A stretch of DNA of 64,000 nucleotides from Candidatus Udaeobacter sp. (GTDB lineage Bacteria > Verrucomicrobiota > Verrucomicrobiia > Chthoniobacterales > UBA10450): positions 17,746 through 81,745 of the forward strand of contig DASZGW010000045.1 in assembly GCA_035938475.1 (NCBI GenBank), in the 5' to 3' direction. The position numbers and the translations under genes are program-made. The number at the start of each line of letters is the position of its first letter. Position 1 is the first letter of the stretch. This document shows positions 10,360-17,675 of the stretch, piece after piece. Below the pieces are notes generated by a model, which ran no database searches, had not been told where the DNA came from, and saw only the letters and a program-made list of their open reading frames with translations.

Positions 10360-11649
10360 ATGGCGCGTTATAACTACGTAGCTCTCGATTCTCGGGGACA
10401 AGAAGCGACTGGGTTGGTTGAAGCCGCTTCGACCAATGACGCAATCGGCCGATTGCGTCAGGCTGGGTATTTTCCAACGAGTGTCTACGAGGAGGCTGTA
10501 GCCCGCCCCGACGACAAAGCAGCCCGGCGCCAGGCGGCGAAGATGGTGCGCGCGACGAAACCACGCGCGAAGACCGGAATTGTTCTTTTCAAGCGCACGA
10601 AGATTAAGTCAAAAATCCTGATGATTTTCACGCGTCAATTGGCGACGCTGATTGATTCCGGATTACCACTGCTGCGGAGCTTAACGGTCTTGGCGAAACA
10701 GGAGCGGGATAAAGTTTTGAAGAACACCATCAACAAGCTCGCTGACTCGGTCCAGAGCGGTAACACATTTTCGGACGGGCTGGCGCTGCACCCGCGGATC
10801 TTTAACAATTTGTACGTTAACATGGTCAAAGCCGGCGAGGTCGGCGGCGTCCTCGAGTTGGTGCTCACTCGGCTTTCGGAATTCCAAGAGAAAGCTGCGA
10901 AGGTCAAGAACAAGGTCGTGTCGGCGATGGTCTACCCGATCATTGTGATGACTATGGCAGTGGGCATCATGGCTTTTCTTCTTGTCTTCATTGTGCCGAA
11001 ATTCGAGGCGATCTTTCACGACATGCTTGGTGACAAACCGCTACCAGCGGTTACCCAGTTTGTTATCGGAGCCAGTAGCCTCGTAAAGGATCATGGTCTT
11101 GTTCTGCTCGGAGCGATAATCGTCGCCGTGACGGCTTACAAATTTATTGGCCGCACTCGCGGCGGGCGATTCGTGATTGACAGTTTCAAGTTGCGCATGC
11201 CTCTCTTTGGCGATTTGAATCGCAAAACGGCAATCTCGCGGTTTGCGCGCACACTTGGAACGCTGGTCACGAGCGGTGTGCCGATTTTGCAGGCATTGAA
11301 TATCACCCGCGAAACCGCCGGCAACTCCGTAATTGCCGCCGCGATCTCACACGTGCATGACAGCGTAAAGGAAGGCGAATCGATCGTTCAACCGCTGGAA
11401 GCCAGTCGCGCTTTTCCGCCGATGGTGACCAGCATGGTCGAAGTGGGCGAAGAAACCGGTAAACTTCCAGACATGCTCCTGAAGATTGCCGATGTGTACG
11501 ATGATGAGGTCGATAACGCGGTTGCAGCCCTCACATCGATGCTCGAGCCCATCATGATCGTGTTTCTCGCACTGATTGTCGGCACGATCGTGCTCGCTCT
11601 CTTTACGCCGCTAATCAGCATTATCACCGGCTTGCAGCAGCAGACATGA
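10360..11649 (+). CDS. GspF/PilC-family inner-membrane platform protein
   Basis: Two T2SSF-type repeats (FTRQLATLIDSGLPLLRSL.. and FARTLGTLVTSGVPILQAL..) with TM segments. Confidence 0.85.
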   Translation: MARYNYVALDSRGQEATGLVEAASTNDAIGRLRQAGYFPTSVYEEAVARPDDKAARRQAAKMVRATKPRAKTGIVLFKRTKIKSKILMIFTRQLATLIDSGLPLLRSLTVLAKQERDKVLKNTINKLADSVQSGNTFSDGLALHPRIFNNLYVNMVKAGEVGGVLELVLTRLSEFQEKAAKVKNKVVSAMVYPIIVMTMAVGIMAFLLVFIVPKFEAIFHDMLGDKPLPAVTQFVIGASSLVKDHGLVLLGAIIVAVTAYKFIGRTRGGRFVIDSFKLRMPLFGDLNRKTAISRFARTLGTLVTSGVPILQALNITRETAGNSVIAAAISHVHDSVKEGESIVQPLEASRAFPPMVTSMVEVGEETGKLPDMLLKIADVYDDEVDNAVAALTSMLEPIMIVFLALIVGTIVLALFTPLISIITGLQQQT

Positions 11650-11662
11650 TGCGCCTCCGGCA

Positions 11663-11697
11663 CGAATGACGAAATCCGAATGACGAATGTCGAATGT
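11663..11697 (+). repeat. five tandem heptamers CGAATGN
   Basis: cgaatga cgaaatc cgaatga cgaatgt cgaatgt. The tract contains the predicted ATG (11680) of the pseudopilin. Confidence 0.8.
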
Positions 11698-12291
11698 TGT
11701 AGAGGCGTTCGCCGCGGCGAACGCCCGACCAGTTGTAGCGGCGAGCGCCGCTGCAATGCGGCTTTCACGCTCATTGAACTGATCGTCGTCACCACTGTTA
11801 TCATCATTCTGACTGGATTGGTTCTAAGCACCGCCGGCTACATTCAGAAGAAAGGTGCCCGCGCCCGCGCCGAAACTGAAATCGCTGCCATATCTGCAGC
11901 TTGCGAGAGTTACAAGGCGGACAACGGAATTTATCCGAGAGATAATACGACAAACCAATATACAGACACCTTGGATGCACGGCAGAATTTCGATGCCACA
12001 CAGCTTGTATATCAGCATGCCAGCTTTTACCTGTATACGCAGCTGAGCGGCGATAGCAGCGGAAACCGGAGCCCGACTGGAAAGAGCTACATGCAATTTA
12101 AGCCGAATATGCTTTTGCCTCCTGGGGGCAACGGGCCAGTGATCGCGATTTCCGATCCGTTCCACAATAGCTATGGCTATTCGACTGCCAATCAGGCTGA
12201 CCCGGTAACGCCAAAAGGTTACAACCCTACGTTTGACCTATGGAGCACCGCGAATTCGACTGATCCAAATCAATGGATCAAAAACTGGTAG
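11680..12291 (+). CDS. type II secretion pseudopilin / type IV pilin-like protein with atypical long Cys-rich leader
   Basis: Class III signal motif AFTLIELIVVTTVIIILTGLVL. The only in-frame start upstream of it is the ATG at 11680, giving a 27-aa leader (MTNVECCRGVRRGERPTSCSGERRCNA) encoded by repeat DNA. Confidence 0.65.
   Translation: MTNVECCRGVRRGERPTSCSGERRCNAAFTLIELIVVTTVIIILTGLVLSTAGYIQKKGARARAETEIAAISAACESYKADNGIYPRDNTTNQYTDTLDARQNFDATQLVYQHASFYLYTQLSGDSSGNRSPTGKSYMQFKPNMLLPPGGNGPVIAISDPFHNSYGYSTANQADPVTPKGYNPTFDLWSTANSTDPNQWIKNW
11699..11725 (+). repeat. GTAG-headed REP-like palindrome (GTAGA + 22-nt perfect palindrome ggcgttcgccg/cggcgaacgcc)
   Basis: Perfect inverted repeat read directly. 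Shares its TGTAGAGGC head with the copy at 14273. Confidence 0.7.
11735..11754 (+). repeat. GTAG-headed REP-like palindrome (gtagcggcg-ag-cgccgctgc)
   Basis: 7-10 bp GC-rich stem. Head TGTAGCGGCG is shared with the minus-strand reads of 4755-4778 and 12288-12304. Confidence 0.65.
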
Positions 12292-12304
12292 GGCGCGCCG
12301 CTAC
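12288..12304. repeat. short GTAG...CTAC palindrome around GGCGCGCC between convergent genes
   Basis: gtagggcgcgccgctac overlaps the pseudopilin TAG stop. REP-like, possibly a bidirectional terminator. Confidence 0.45.
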
Positions 12305-12311
12305 AGGGACT

Positions 12312-13361
12312 TCACCCTTCGCTCGTGTGCACCACAACCTCCACTCGGCGGTTGGGACTCTGCTCTTCAATTGATCCGTTCGGCGAAGCACGGAATTTCG
12401 TCGGTCCGTAACCGCGCGTTTCGATTTGCGCAGGATTAATCCGCATTGCCTCCACTAAATAACGTTTCACGCTGTCAGCGCGACGTTGACTGAGACCCAG
12501 GTTGTATTCGAATGAGCCGAATGAATCCGTGTAACCTTCCACGGAAAATGTCGCCTTCGGATTGCGCTGGATGAGAGTGCCCAGCTTTTGCAATTGACTC
12601 ACGGCGCTTGATTGCAGCACGTCGCTGTCATACTGGAAGAGTTGATCGTCCGGCAGTCGTAATTTTGTGCCTGACCCGAGCGGACCTTTTTGCGCGAGCA
12701 GTTGATCCAAATCGCTGAAGCCGGCAGTGTGCCCTTTAATTGGTCCGGCGCTGTCACCGGGAATCTTGCTGGTAAAGGTATTGGGGCGCTTGATCGTTGT
12801 ACTTGTAGCCAACTCCGTCCCGCTAAGCGCGGGCTGTGGACGGCCTGATTGCGAACTATTGTTGAGCAGCGATTGTTCGTGCGTCGCGTTTGAATCGTTG
12901 ACGAGACTCTGCGCAGTCGATTGCTCGATTTCGGTAAGAACGGAATTTACCTCAGGCTGTTCCACCTTCGGTTGATCAGGCAAAACGTCCCGCATGTCGT
13001 CCGGGATCGCCGCGCTTGCTTGAATGTCCTGCAATAGCTTGTCGAACGATTTCTTTTCGTCTGGCAACTGCACATCGGTGTTGTCCGGGTTCGGTTTTGC
13101 GGCGGGATTTGTCTGATCGACGCTGCTCTTGCCCAGATCCGACGCGTTGATGCTCCTGACCTTGAACGTTGGCGTCTGCACATTTGCTGGGATCAAAGGT
13201 TCTATAGTTTGGAAACGCGTCCGATAAAAATAAGCGCAGAGCGCGAGGTGTATTCCCAGCGAAACGATTAATCCAAACCAGAGCCAACTGCGCTCTTTGC
13301 TGCCCGTGAGCAGTCCTTCGGTCTCGAACCGGTCGAAGTCGTCGAAATCGGAAACTCTCAT
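12312..13361 (-). CDS. OmpA/MotB C-terminal-domain protein with N-terminal membrane anchor
   Basis: TM segment WLWFGLIVSLGIHLALCAYF, a long low-complexity linker, then an OmpA-like domain (VEGYTDSFGSFEYNLGLSQRRADSVKRYL..NRRVEVVV). Confidence 0.75.
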   Translation of the reverse strand: MRVSDFDDFDRFETEGLLTGSKERSWLWFGLIVSLGIHLALCAYFYRTRFQTIEPLIPANVQTPTFKVRSINASDLGKSSVDQTNPAAKPNPDNTDVQLPDEKKSFDKLLQDIQASAAIPDDMRDVLPDQPKVEQPEVNSVLTEIEQSTAQSLVNDSNATHEQSLLNNSSQSGRPQPALSGTELATSTTIKRPNTFTSKIPGDSAGPIKGHTAGFSDLDQLLAQKGPLGSGTKLRLPDDQLFQYDSDVLQSSAVSQLQKLGTLIQRNPKATFSVEGYTDSFGSFEYNLGLSQRRADSVKRYLVEAMRINPAQIETRGYGPTKFRASPNGSIEEQSPNRRVEVVVHTSEG

Positions 13362-13431
13362 GTGGAAGTCAACATATCACATTCGGACAGGCGAGCTATG
13401 GCCCGACGAAAGTTCACTAAGGCATTATCTT

Positions 13432-14184
13432 CTAACCGCCAGCACGCGTTTGCTCGATGAAGGCTCTGGCAGCGCGGCGGATTTCATCTGCTACGTGCGC
13501 CTCGGGTGACACAAATTTCGGCGTGAACCATGGAAATAGTCCGATCAAGTCGTGCGTGACCAGGATTTGTCCGTCGCAATGCTTGCCTGAGCCAATACCG
13601 ATGGTTGGGATACCGATTGCCCTTGTGATCTGTTTTGCGATATCTGCGGCCACAATCTCCAGGACGACTGAAAATGCACCGGCCTCTTCCACAGCGCGGG
13701 CGTCGACCAGCAGGGCTTCCGCCTCGGATTGAGTACGGCCCTTGATCCTGTAGCCACCTTCCTCCCGCACACTTTGGGGTAGCATGCCGATGTGCGCCAT
13801 GAACGGGATGCCTGCGTTTGTGATCGCTTGAATTTCCGGCACATGACTCACACCGCCCTCCAGCTTCACCGCCTGTACGCCAACATCGACAAATTTCCTG
13901 GCAGTCTCCAGGGCCTGTTTGGGTGTGTCGTACGTGTGGATCGGCAGATCCGCCACGAGCAACGCCTCTTTAACACCGCGAACGACTGCGCGGGTGTGAT
14001 GCAGCATTTCTTCCAGCGTTACACCAGTCGTATCCTGGCAACCAAGTACCACCATGCCTAACGAGTCGCCTACCAGGATGATGTCGATGCCGCTTTCGTC
14101 CAGCAGACGCGCCGTGGGATAATCGTAAGCCGTCAACGCGGTGATCTTTTCAGCACGTTGTTTCATTTGGCCAAAATCTTTCAT
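13432..14184 (-). CDS. panB: 3-methyl-2-oxobutanoate hydroxymethyltransferase
   Basis: KITALTAYDYPTARLLD..ILVGDSLGMVVLG..VKLEGG motifs. ATG at 14184 (MKDFGQMKQ) preferred over the 41-codon upstream extension. Confidence 0.9.
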   Translation of the reverse strand: MKDFGQMKQRAEKITALTAYDYPTARLLDESGIDIILVGDSLGMVVLGCQDTTGVTLEEMLHHTRAVVRGVKEALLVADLPIHTYDTPKQALETARKFVDVGVQAVKLEGGVSHVPEIQAITNAGIPFMAHIGMLPQSVREEGGYRIKGRTQSEAEALLVDARAVEEAGAFSVVLEIVAADIAKQITRAIGIPTIGIGSGKHCDGQILVTHDLIGLFPWFTPKFVSPEAHVADEIRRAARAFIEQTRAGG

Positions 14185-14272
14185 CGGATCTGCCCGAAGA
14201 TCAGCCGCTAACCTGAGAACGCAAGCTGTAGCCGAAAAGAGCCACCAGCAAAATTTGCGGCGCCAAATTCCT

Positions 14273-14295
14273 GTAGAGGCAGGCGTTTCGCCTGC
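14273..14295 (+). repeat. GTAG-headed REP-like palindrome (GTAGAG + gcaggcg-ttt-cgcctgc)
   Basis: Perfect 7-bp stem with 3-nt loop, in the folK-panB spacer. Confidence 0.65.
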
Positions 14296-14309
14296 GATCC
14301 ACACCAAAC

Positions 14310-14332
14310 GCAGCCGGCGCGGCTGCCACTAC
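14310..14332 (-). repeat. GTAG-headed REP-like palindrome (minus strand: GTAGTG + gcagccg-cgc-cggctgc)
   Basis: Perfect 6-7 bp stem. Inverted orientation relative to 14273-14295, so the two form a BIME-like pair. Confidence 0.6.
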
Positions 14333-14343
14333 GGTGCATCGAG

Positions 14344-14844
14344 CTACCAGTCGTTCATCACCCCAACTACCTCTCCAGATTCGTCGGATTCCGCGAGCAA
14401 TTCTCGGACAGTTTTTCTCTGATTAGGCAAGACCAATTCAGACCGGATATCGGCGAGCGGTTGAAGTACGAATTTTCTCAAGTGCATCCGCGGGTGCGGC
14501 AATTGCAGTCGTTCGTTGTCGATCTGCCGATCGGCACAGTAAAGCAGGTCGATGTCGATCCTGCGCGAGACATTTTTTGGATGATCGCGCTTGCGGCCTA
14601 ACGACTGCTCGATTCGAACAAGTTGTTCAAGCAGCTGCGCGGGGTCACCTTCAAAATCAAATTCAATGACTGTGTTCAAAAATTTTGACGCTCCCGGCTC
14701 ACAATCGACGGGTTCGGTTTCGTAGATCCCCGCAGAGACAACGGGCGGTCTTACATAAGCAAGCTCGATAATTTGTCGTCGCGCTTCACGCAAATTCTCG
14801 AGCCGATCCCCGAGATTGGATCCGAGCGCAACTGCCGTTCTCAT
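14344..14844 (-). CDS. folK: 2-amino-4-hydroxy-6-hydroxymethyldihydropteridine diphosphokinase
   Basis: AVALGSNLGDR..L..PHPRMHLRKFVLQPL HPPK motifs. ATG at 14844 preferred, because the 21-codon extension in the ORF track runs into the repeat at 14854-14935. Confidence 0.85.
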   Translation of the reverse strand: MRTAVALGSNLGDRLENLREARRQIIELAYVRPPVVSAGIYETEPVDCEPGASKFLNTVIEFDFEGDPAQLLEQLVRIEQSLGRKRDHPKNVSRRIDIDLLYCADRQIDNERLQLPHPRMHLRKFVLQPLADIRSELVLPNQRKTVRELLAESDESGEVVGVMNDW

Positions 14845-14853
14845 TTTTCTGCA

Positions 14854-14935
14854 GTCATGTCGAGCGAAGTCGAGACATCCCGCGATCAAACCTTTGAGGC
14901 AGCGCAACGGGATTCCTCAACTGCGCTCGGAATGA
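14854..14935 (+). repeat. MITE-like ~80-bp element with imperfect terminal inverted repeats, copy 1
   Basis: 5' arm gtcatgtcgagcgaagtcgagacatc and 3' arm attcctcaactgcgctcggaatgac (20/26 complementary). Same arms as the copy at 16671. Lies in the folK-dapB spacer. Confidence 0.8.
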
Positions 14936-14943
14936 CCAAACAG

Positions 14944-15633
14944 CTACAGTCCCAGCACATCCTGCATGCTATAGAAGCCCGGTGGCTTTCCCATAATCCA
15001 TTCCGCTGCGCGCAGTGCGCCTCGCGCAAAGATTTCCCGGCTCGCCGCGCGATGCGTGAGCTCGAGGCGCTCGCCGGGACCGCTGAAAATGACTGTATGT
15101 TCGCCAACTACGTCGCCTTCGCGAATTGATTGGATTGGAATTTCACCCTTCGTTTTTTTAGTCGCTTTCAAGACCTCAGCTAACGTTTTGGCCGTCCCGC
15201 TGGGCGCATCTTTTTTCATCTTGTGATGTGTTTCAACAATCGCGACGTCAAAATTGCCGCCGAGTTGATCGAAAGCTTTGCGTGTCAGCCAGAAAAGCAC
15301 ATTGACTCCGATGCTGAAATTGGATGCGAACACGATCGGTAACGATTGCGCGGTCTCTTCGATAGTGCTGCGTTGCTCCGTAGAGTGACCGGTCGTCCCA
15401 ATGACCAACGGCTTGCGATGCTGCAACGCAGCGCGACAGGTTTCAGTGGTGGCGCCGGCGTGACTAAAATCAATCGCCACATCGCAATTTCTCATGGCGG
15501 GCTCAATTGGATCGCCCAGATCACACCGGGCTATGATGTCGATTTTTGGGTAGTCCTTCGCAAGATCACTAATGGTTTTTCCCATCCGGCCAGCCGCGCC
15601 AATGAGTAAAACGCGCAGAAGAGACGATTTCAT
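14944..15633 (-). CDS. dapB: 4-hydroxy-tetrahydrodipicolinate reductase
   Basis: N-terminal GAAGRMG Rossmann motif and E.HH..K.DAPSGTA catalytic motif. Confidence 0.9.
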   Translation of the reverse strand: MKSSLLRVLLIGAAGRMGKTISDLAKDYPKIDIIARCDLGDPIEPAMRNCDVAIDFSHAGATTETCRAALQHRKPLVIGTTGHSTEQRSTIEETAQSLPIVFASNFSIGVNVLFWLTRKAFDQLGGNFDVAIVETHHKMKKDAPSGTAKTLAEVLKATKKTKGEIPIQSIREGDVVGEHTVIFSGPGERLELTHRAASREIFARGALRAAEWIMGKPPGFYSMQDVLGL

Positions 15634-15761
15634 CTTAGCAGAACGCTCATCCTACCCTCTCGTGGGAAGACAGAGGAGATTGCTCATTACCCGTTGAAAC
15701 AATTCTGGCTCTCCCTTTACGGAAGGCGACAGGTTTGCGGTGAAGGGTTCACGCTCGAAAA

Positions 15762-16640
15762 TCATTTCTGCCGCTCAAACTCTTCGAGCGTCCTGCGCAA
15801 GCGCGCTTGATTCGCTTCATTCATCTCGCATAAAGGGAGACGCACTTCGCCGGACATCGCCCCGCGCCAACCGAGCGCTGTCTTTACCGGCACAGGATTC
15901 GGTTCAATGAACAAGTCCTTGAAAAGCGGAAACATCTTATGATGCAGGTTGAAGGCTAACTTCGTATCGCCGCATTCATAAGCTCGAACGAGCGCGCAAA
16001 CTTCAGCCGGAAACAGATTCGAAGCAACGCTGACTACGCCAAGTGCTCCAACGGACATGAACGGCAGCGTTAATGAATCGTCGCCGCTCAAAATCGCAAA
16101 TGATTCAGGCAACCGGGTGCGCAACTCGCTGACACGCTCGACACTTCCACTGGCTTCCTTGATCGTAACAATATTCCTGCATTCCGTCGCCAGGCGCGTC
16201 ACCGTATCGGACGCGATGTCCACTCCGCATCGGCCAGGAATGTTGTAGAGCATAATGGGTAGGGCCGTGGCGTCGGCAATTGCTTTGAAATGGCGAAACA
16301 AACCTTCCTGGCTCGGTTTGTTGTAATATGGCGCGACGAGCAGTGCGCCGTCAGCGCCAAGTTTCTCGGCCATCTTTGTATCGGCCACGGCGTGCTGCGT
16401 CGCGTTGGAACCTGTGCCGGCGAGAACCTGACAACGATTTTTCGCGGTGGCGACTGCAAGGCGAATCAGTTCCTGGCGTTCCTCGTGTGACAAAGTCGGC
16501 GATTCGCCGGTGGTGCCTACAGCGACGATTCCAGTAATTCCGGCAGCGATTTGGTTTTCGATCAGTTTCTCGAAAGCACCAACATCAATCGCGCCATTGC
16601 GAAACGGTGTGACTAAGGCCGTGAACGTACCGCGGAACAT
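15762..16640 (-). CDS. dapA: 4-hydroxy-tetrahydrodipicolinate synthase
   Basis: GTTGESPTLS, YYNKPSQEG and the IKEASG Schiff-base lysine region. Confidence 0.9.
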   Translation of the reverse strand: MFRGTFTALVTPFRNGAIDVGAFEKLIENQIAAGITGIVAVGTTGESPTLSHEERQELIRLAVATAKNRCQVLAGTGSNATQHAVADTKMAEKLGADGALLVAPYYNKPSQEGLFRHFKAIADATALPIMLYNIPGRCGVDIASDTVTRLATECRNIVTIKEASGSVERVSELRTRLPESFAILSGDDSLTLPFMSVGALGVVSVASNLFPAEVCALVRAYECGDTKLAFNLHHKMFPLFKDLFIEPNPVPVKTALGWRGAMSGEVRLPLCEMNEANQARLRRTLEEFERQK

Positions 16641-16670
16641 GTGATTAACTGTAGGTTGGGCTATACAATT

Positions 16671-16749
16671 GTCATGTCGAGCGAAGTCGAGACATCTCTG
16701 ATTACTTCTGCCTTAAGATTAGACATTCCTCGACTGCGTTCGGAATGAC
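16671..16749 (+). repeat. MITE-like ~80-bp element, copy 2
   Basis: Arms gtcatgtcgagcgaagtcgagacatc ... attcctcgactgcgttcggaatgac, near-identical to copy 1 with a different central segment. Lies in the dapA-dapF spacer. Confidence 0.8.
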
Positions 16750-16769
16750 AGAGGCCAAAGTTGCGGGTG

Positions 16770-17573
16770 CTAAAGCTCGATCGTGCCTTCAAATGCAAAC
16801 TCGGCCGGGCCAGTGAGCGTAACATTGCGAAACTGCTTGTCTATCCTGTCAAACCCAACGCACAGTTCATCTCCCCCGCGTGCAATCACGGTGATCGGAC
16901 CCTTCGCGTTTTCAGTAACCGCGAACACGAGTGCGCTCGCAACTACGCCGGTGCCGCACGCGAGGGTTTCATCTTCCACACCTCGTTCGTAGGTGCGGAC
17001 AGCGATCTTATCAGCTCCGCGTTTCTCAATAAAATTCACGTTTGCGCCCTTTGGCGAAAACATTTCGTGATAGCGAAGGGCTGAGCCTTCTCGCGGCACG
17101 TCCACATCGCCGACTTGTGCGACGGGAACAACCACATGAGGCACACCGCTATTAATGAAATGAACGATTCTTTTCTCCGCGCCGATACGAAGGGGAATGC
17201 TCAGACGCAAATCCGTGGGCTCCGTCATTTGCAAAGTCACGAGATCTCCAACTAACTCCGCCGAGATGACGCCAGCTGGCGTTTCAAAGGAAATTTTGCC
17301 TTCGGCTTCTGTCACCTTGTTTGCAAAACGCGCAAAGCAGCGCGCGCCGTTTCCACACATCTCCGCTTCTCCCCCATCGGCGTTAAAGTAGCGCATTCGG
17401 AAATCGGCGTGGTCCGATGGATTTTCCAACAACAAAATTCCATCCGCGCCGACGCCACGGTGGCGATTACAAAGGCGCGCGATTTGGCTGGGATCTAGAT
17501 GGATATCCCCTGCTCTGTTGTCGATCAGGATGAAATCGTTTCCTGCGCCGTTCATTTTGGTAAAACGCAGCAT
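16770..17573 (-). CDS. dapF: diaminopimelate epimerase
   Basis: F.KM.GAGNDF start and two catalytic Cys motifs (MCGNGARC, LACGTG). Confidence 0.9.
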   Translation of the reverse strand: MLRFTKMNGAGNDFILIDNRAGDIHLDPSQIARLCNRHRGVGADGILLLENPSDHADFRMRYFNADGGEAEMCGNGARCFARFANKVTEAEGKISFETPAGVISAELVGDLVTLQMTEPTDLRLSIPLRIGAEKRIVHFINSGVPHVVVPVAQVGDVDVPREGSALRYHEMFSPKGANVNFIEKRGADKIAVRTYERGVEDETLACGTGVVASALVFAVTENAKGPITVIARGGDELCVGFDRIDKQFRNVTLTGPAEFAFEGTIEL

Positions 17574-17675
17574 GGAATCCGTCTAACACAGCAAGGTGTC
17601 GCAGGCAATCGTGCCTGCAGATCTTAGCGATTCAGACAGGATCGCCGGGTCCCGGCATTGCCAGATCGCGTTTTG

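Noticed and set aside
15634-15761. Possible lysine riboswitch (L-box) in the dapA/dapB spacers (15634-15761 and 16641-16769).
   Set aside because: The spacers are shorter than a typical L-box and one is occupied by the MITE-like element. I recognised no conserved L-box helices. A scan with Rfam RF00168 would settle it.
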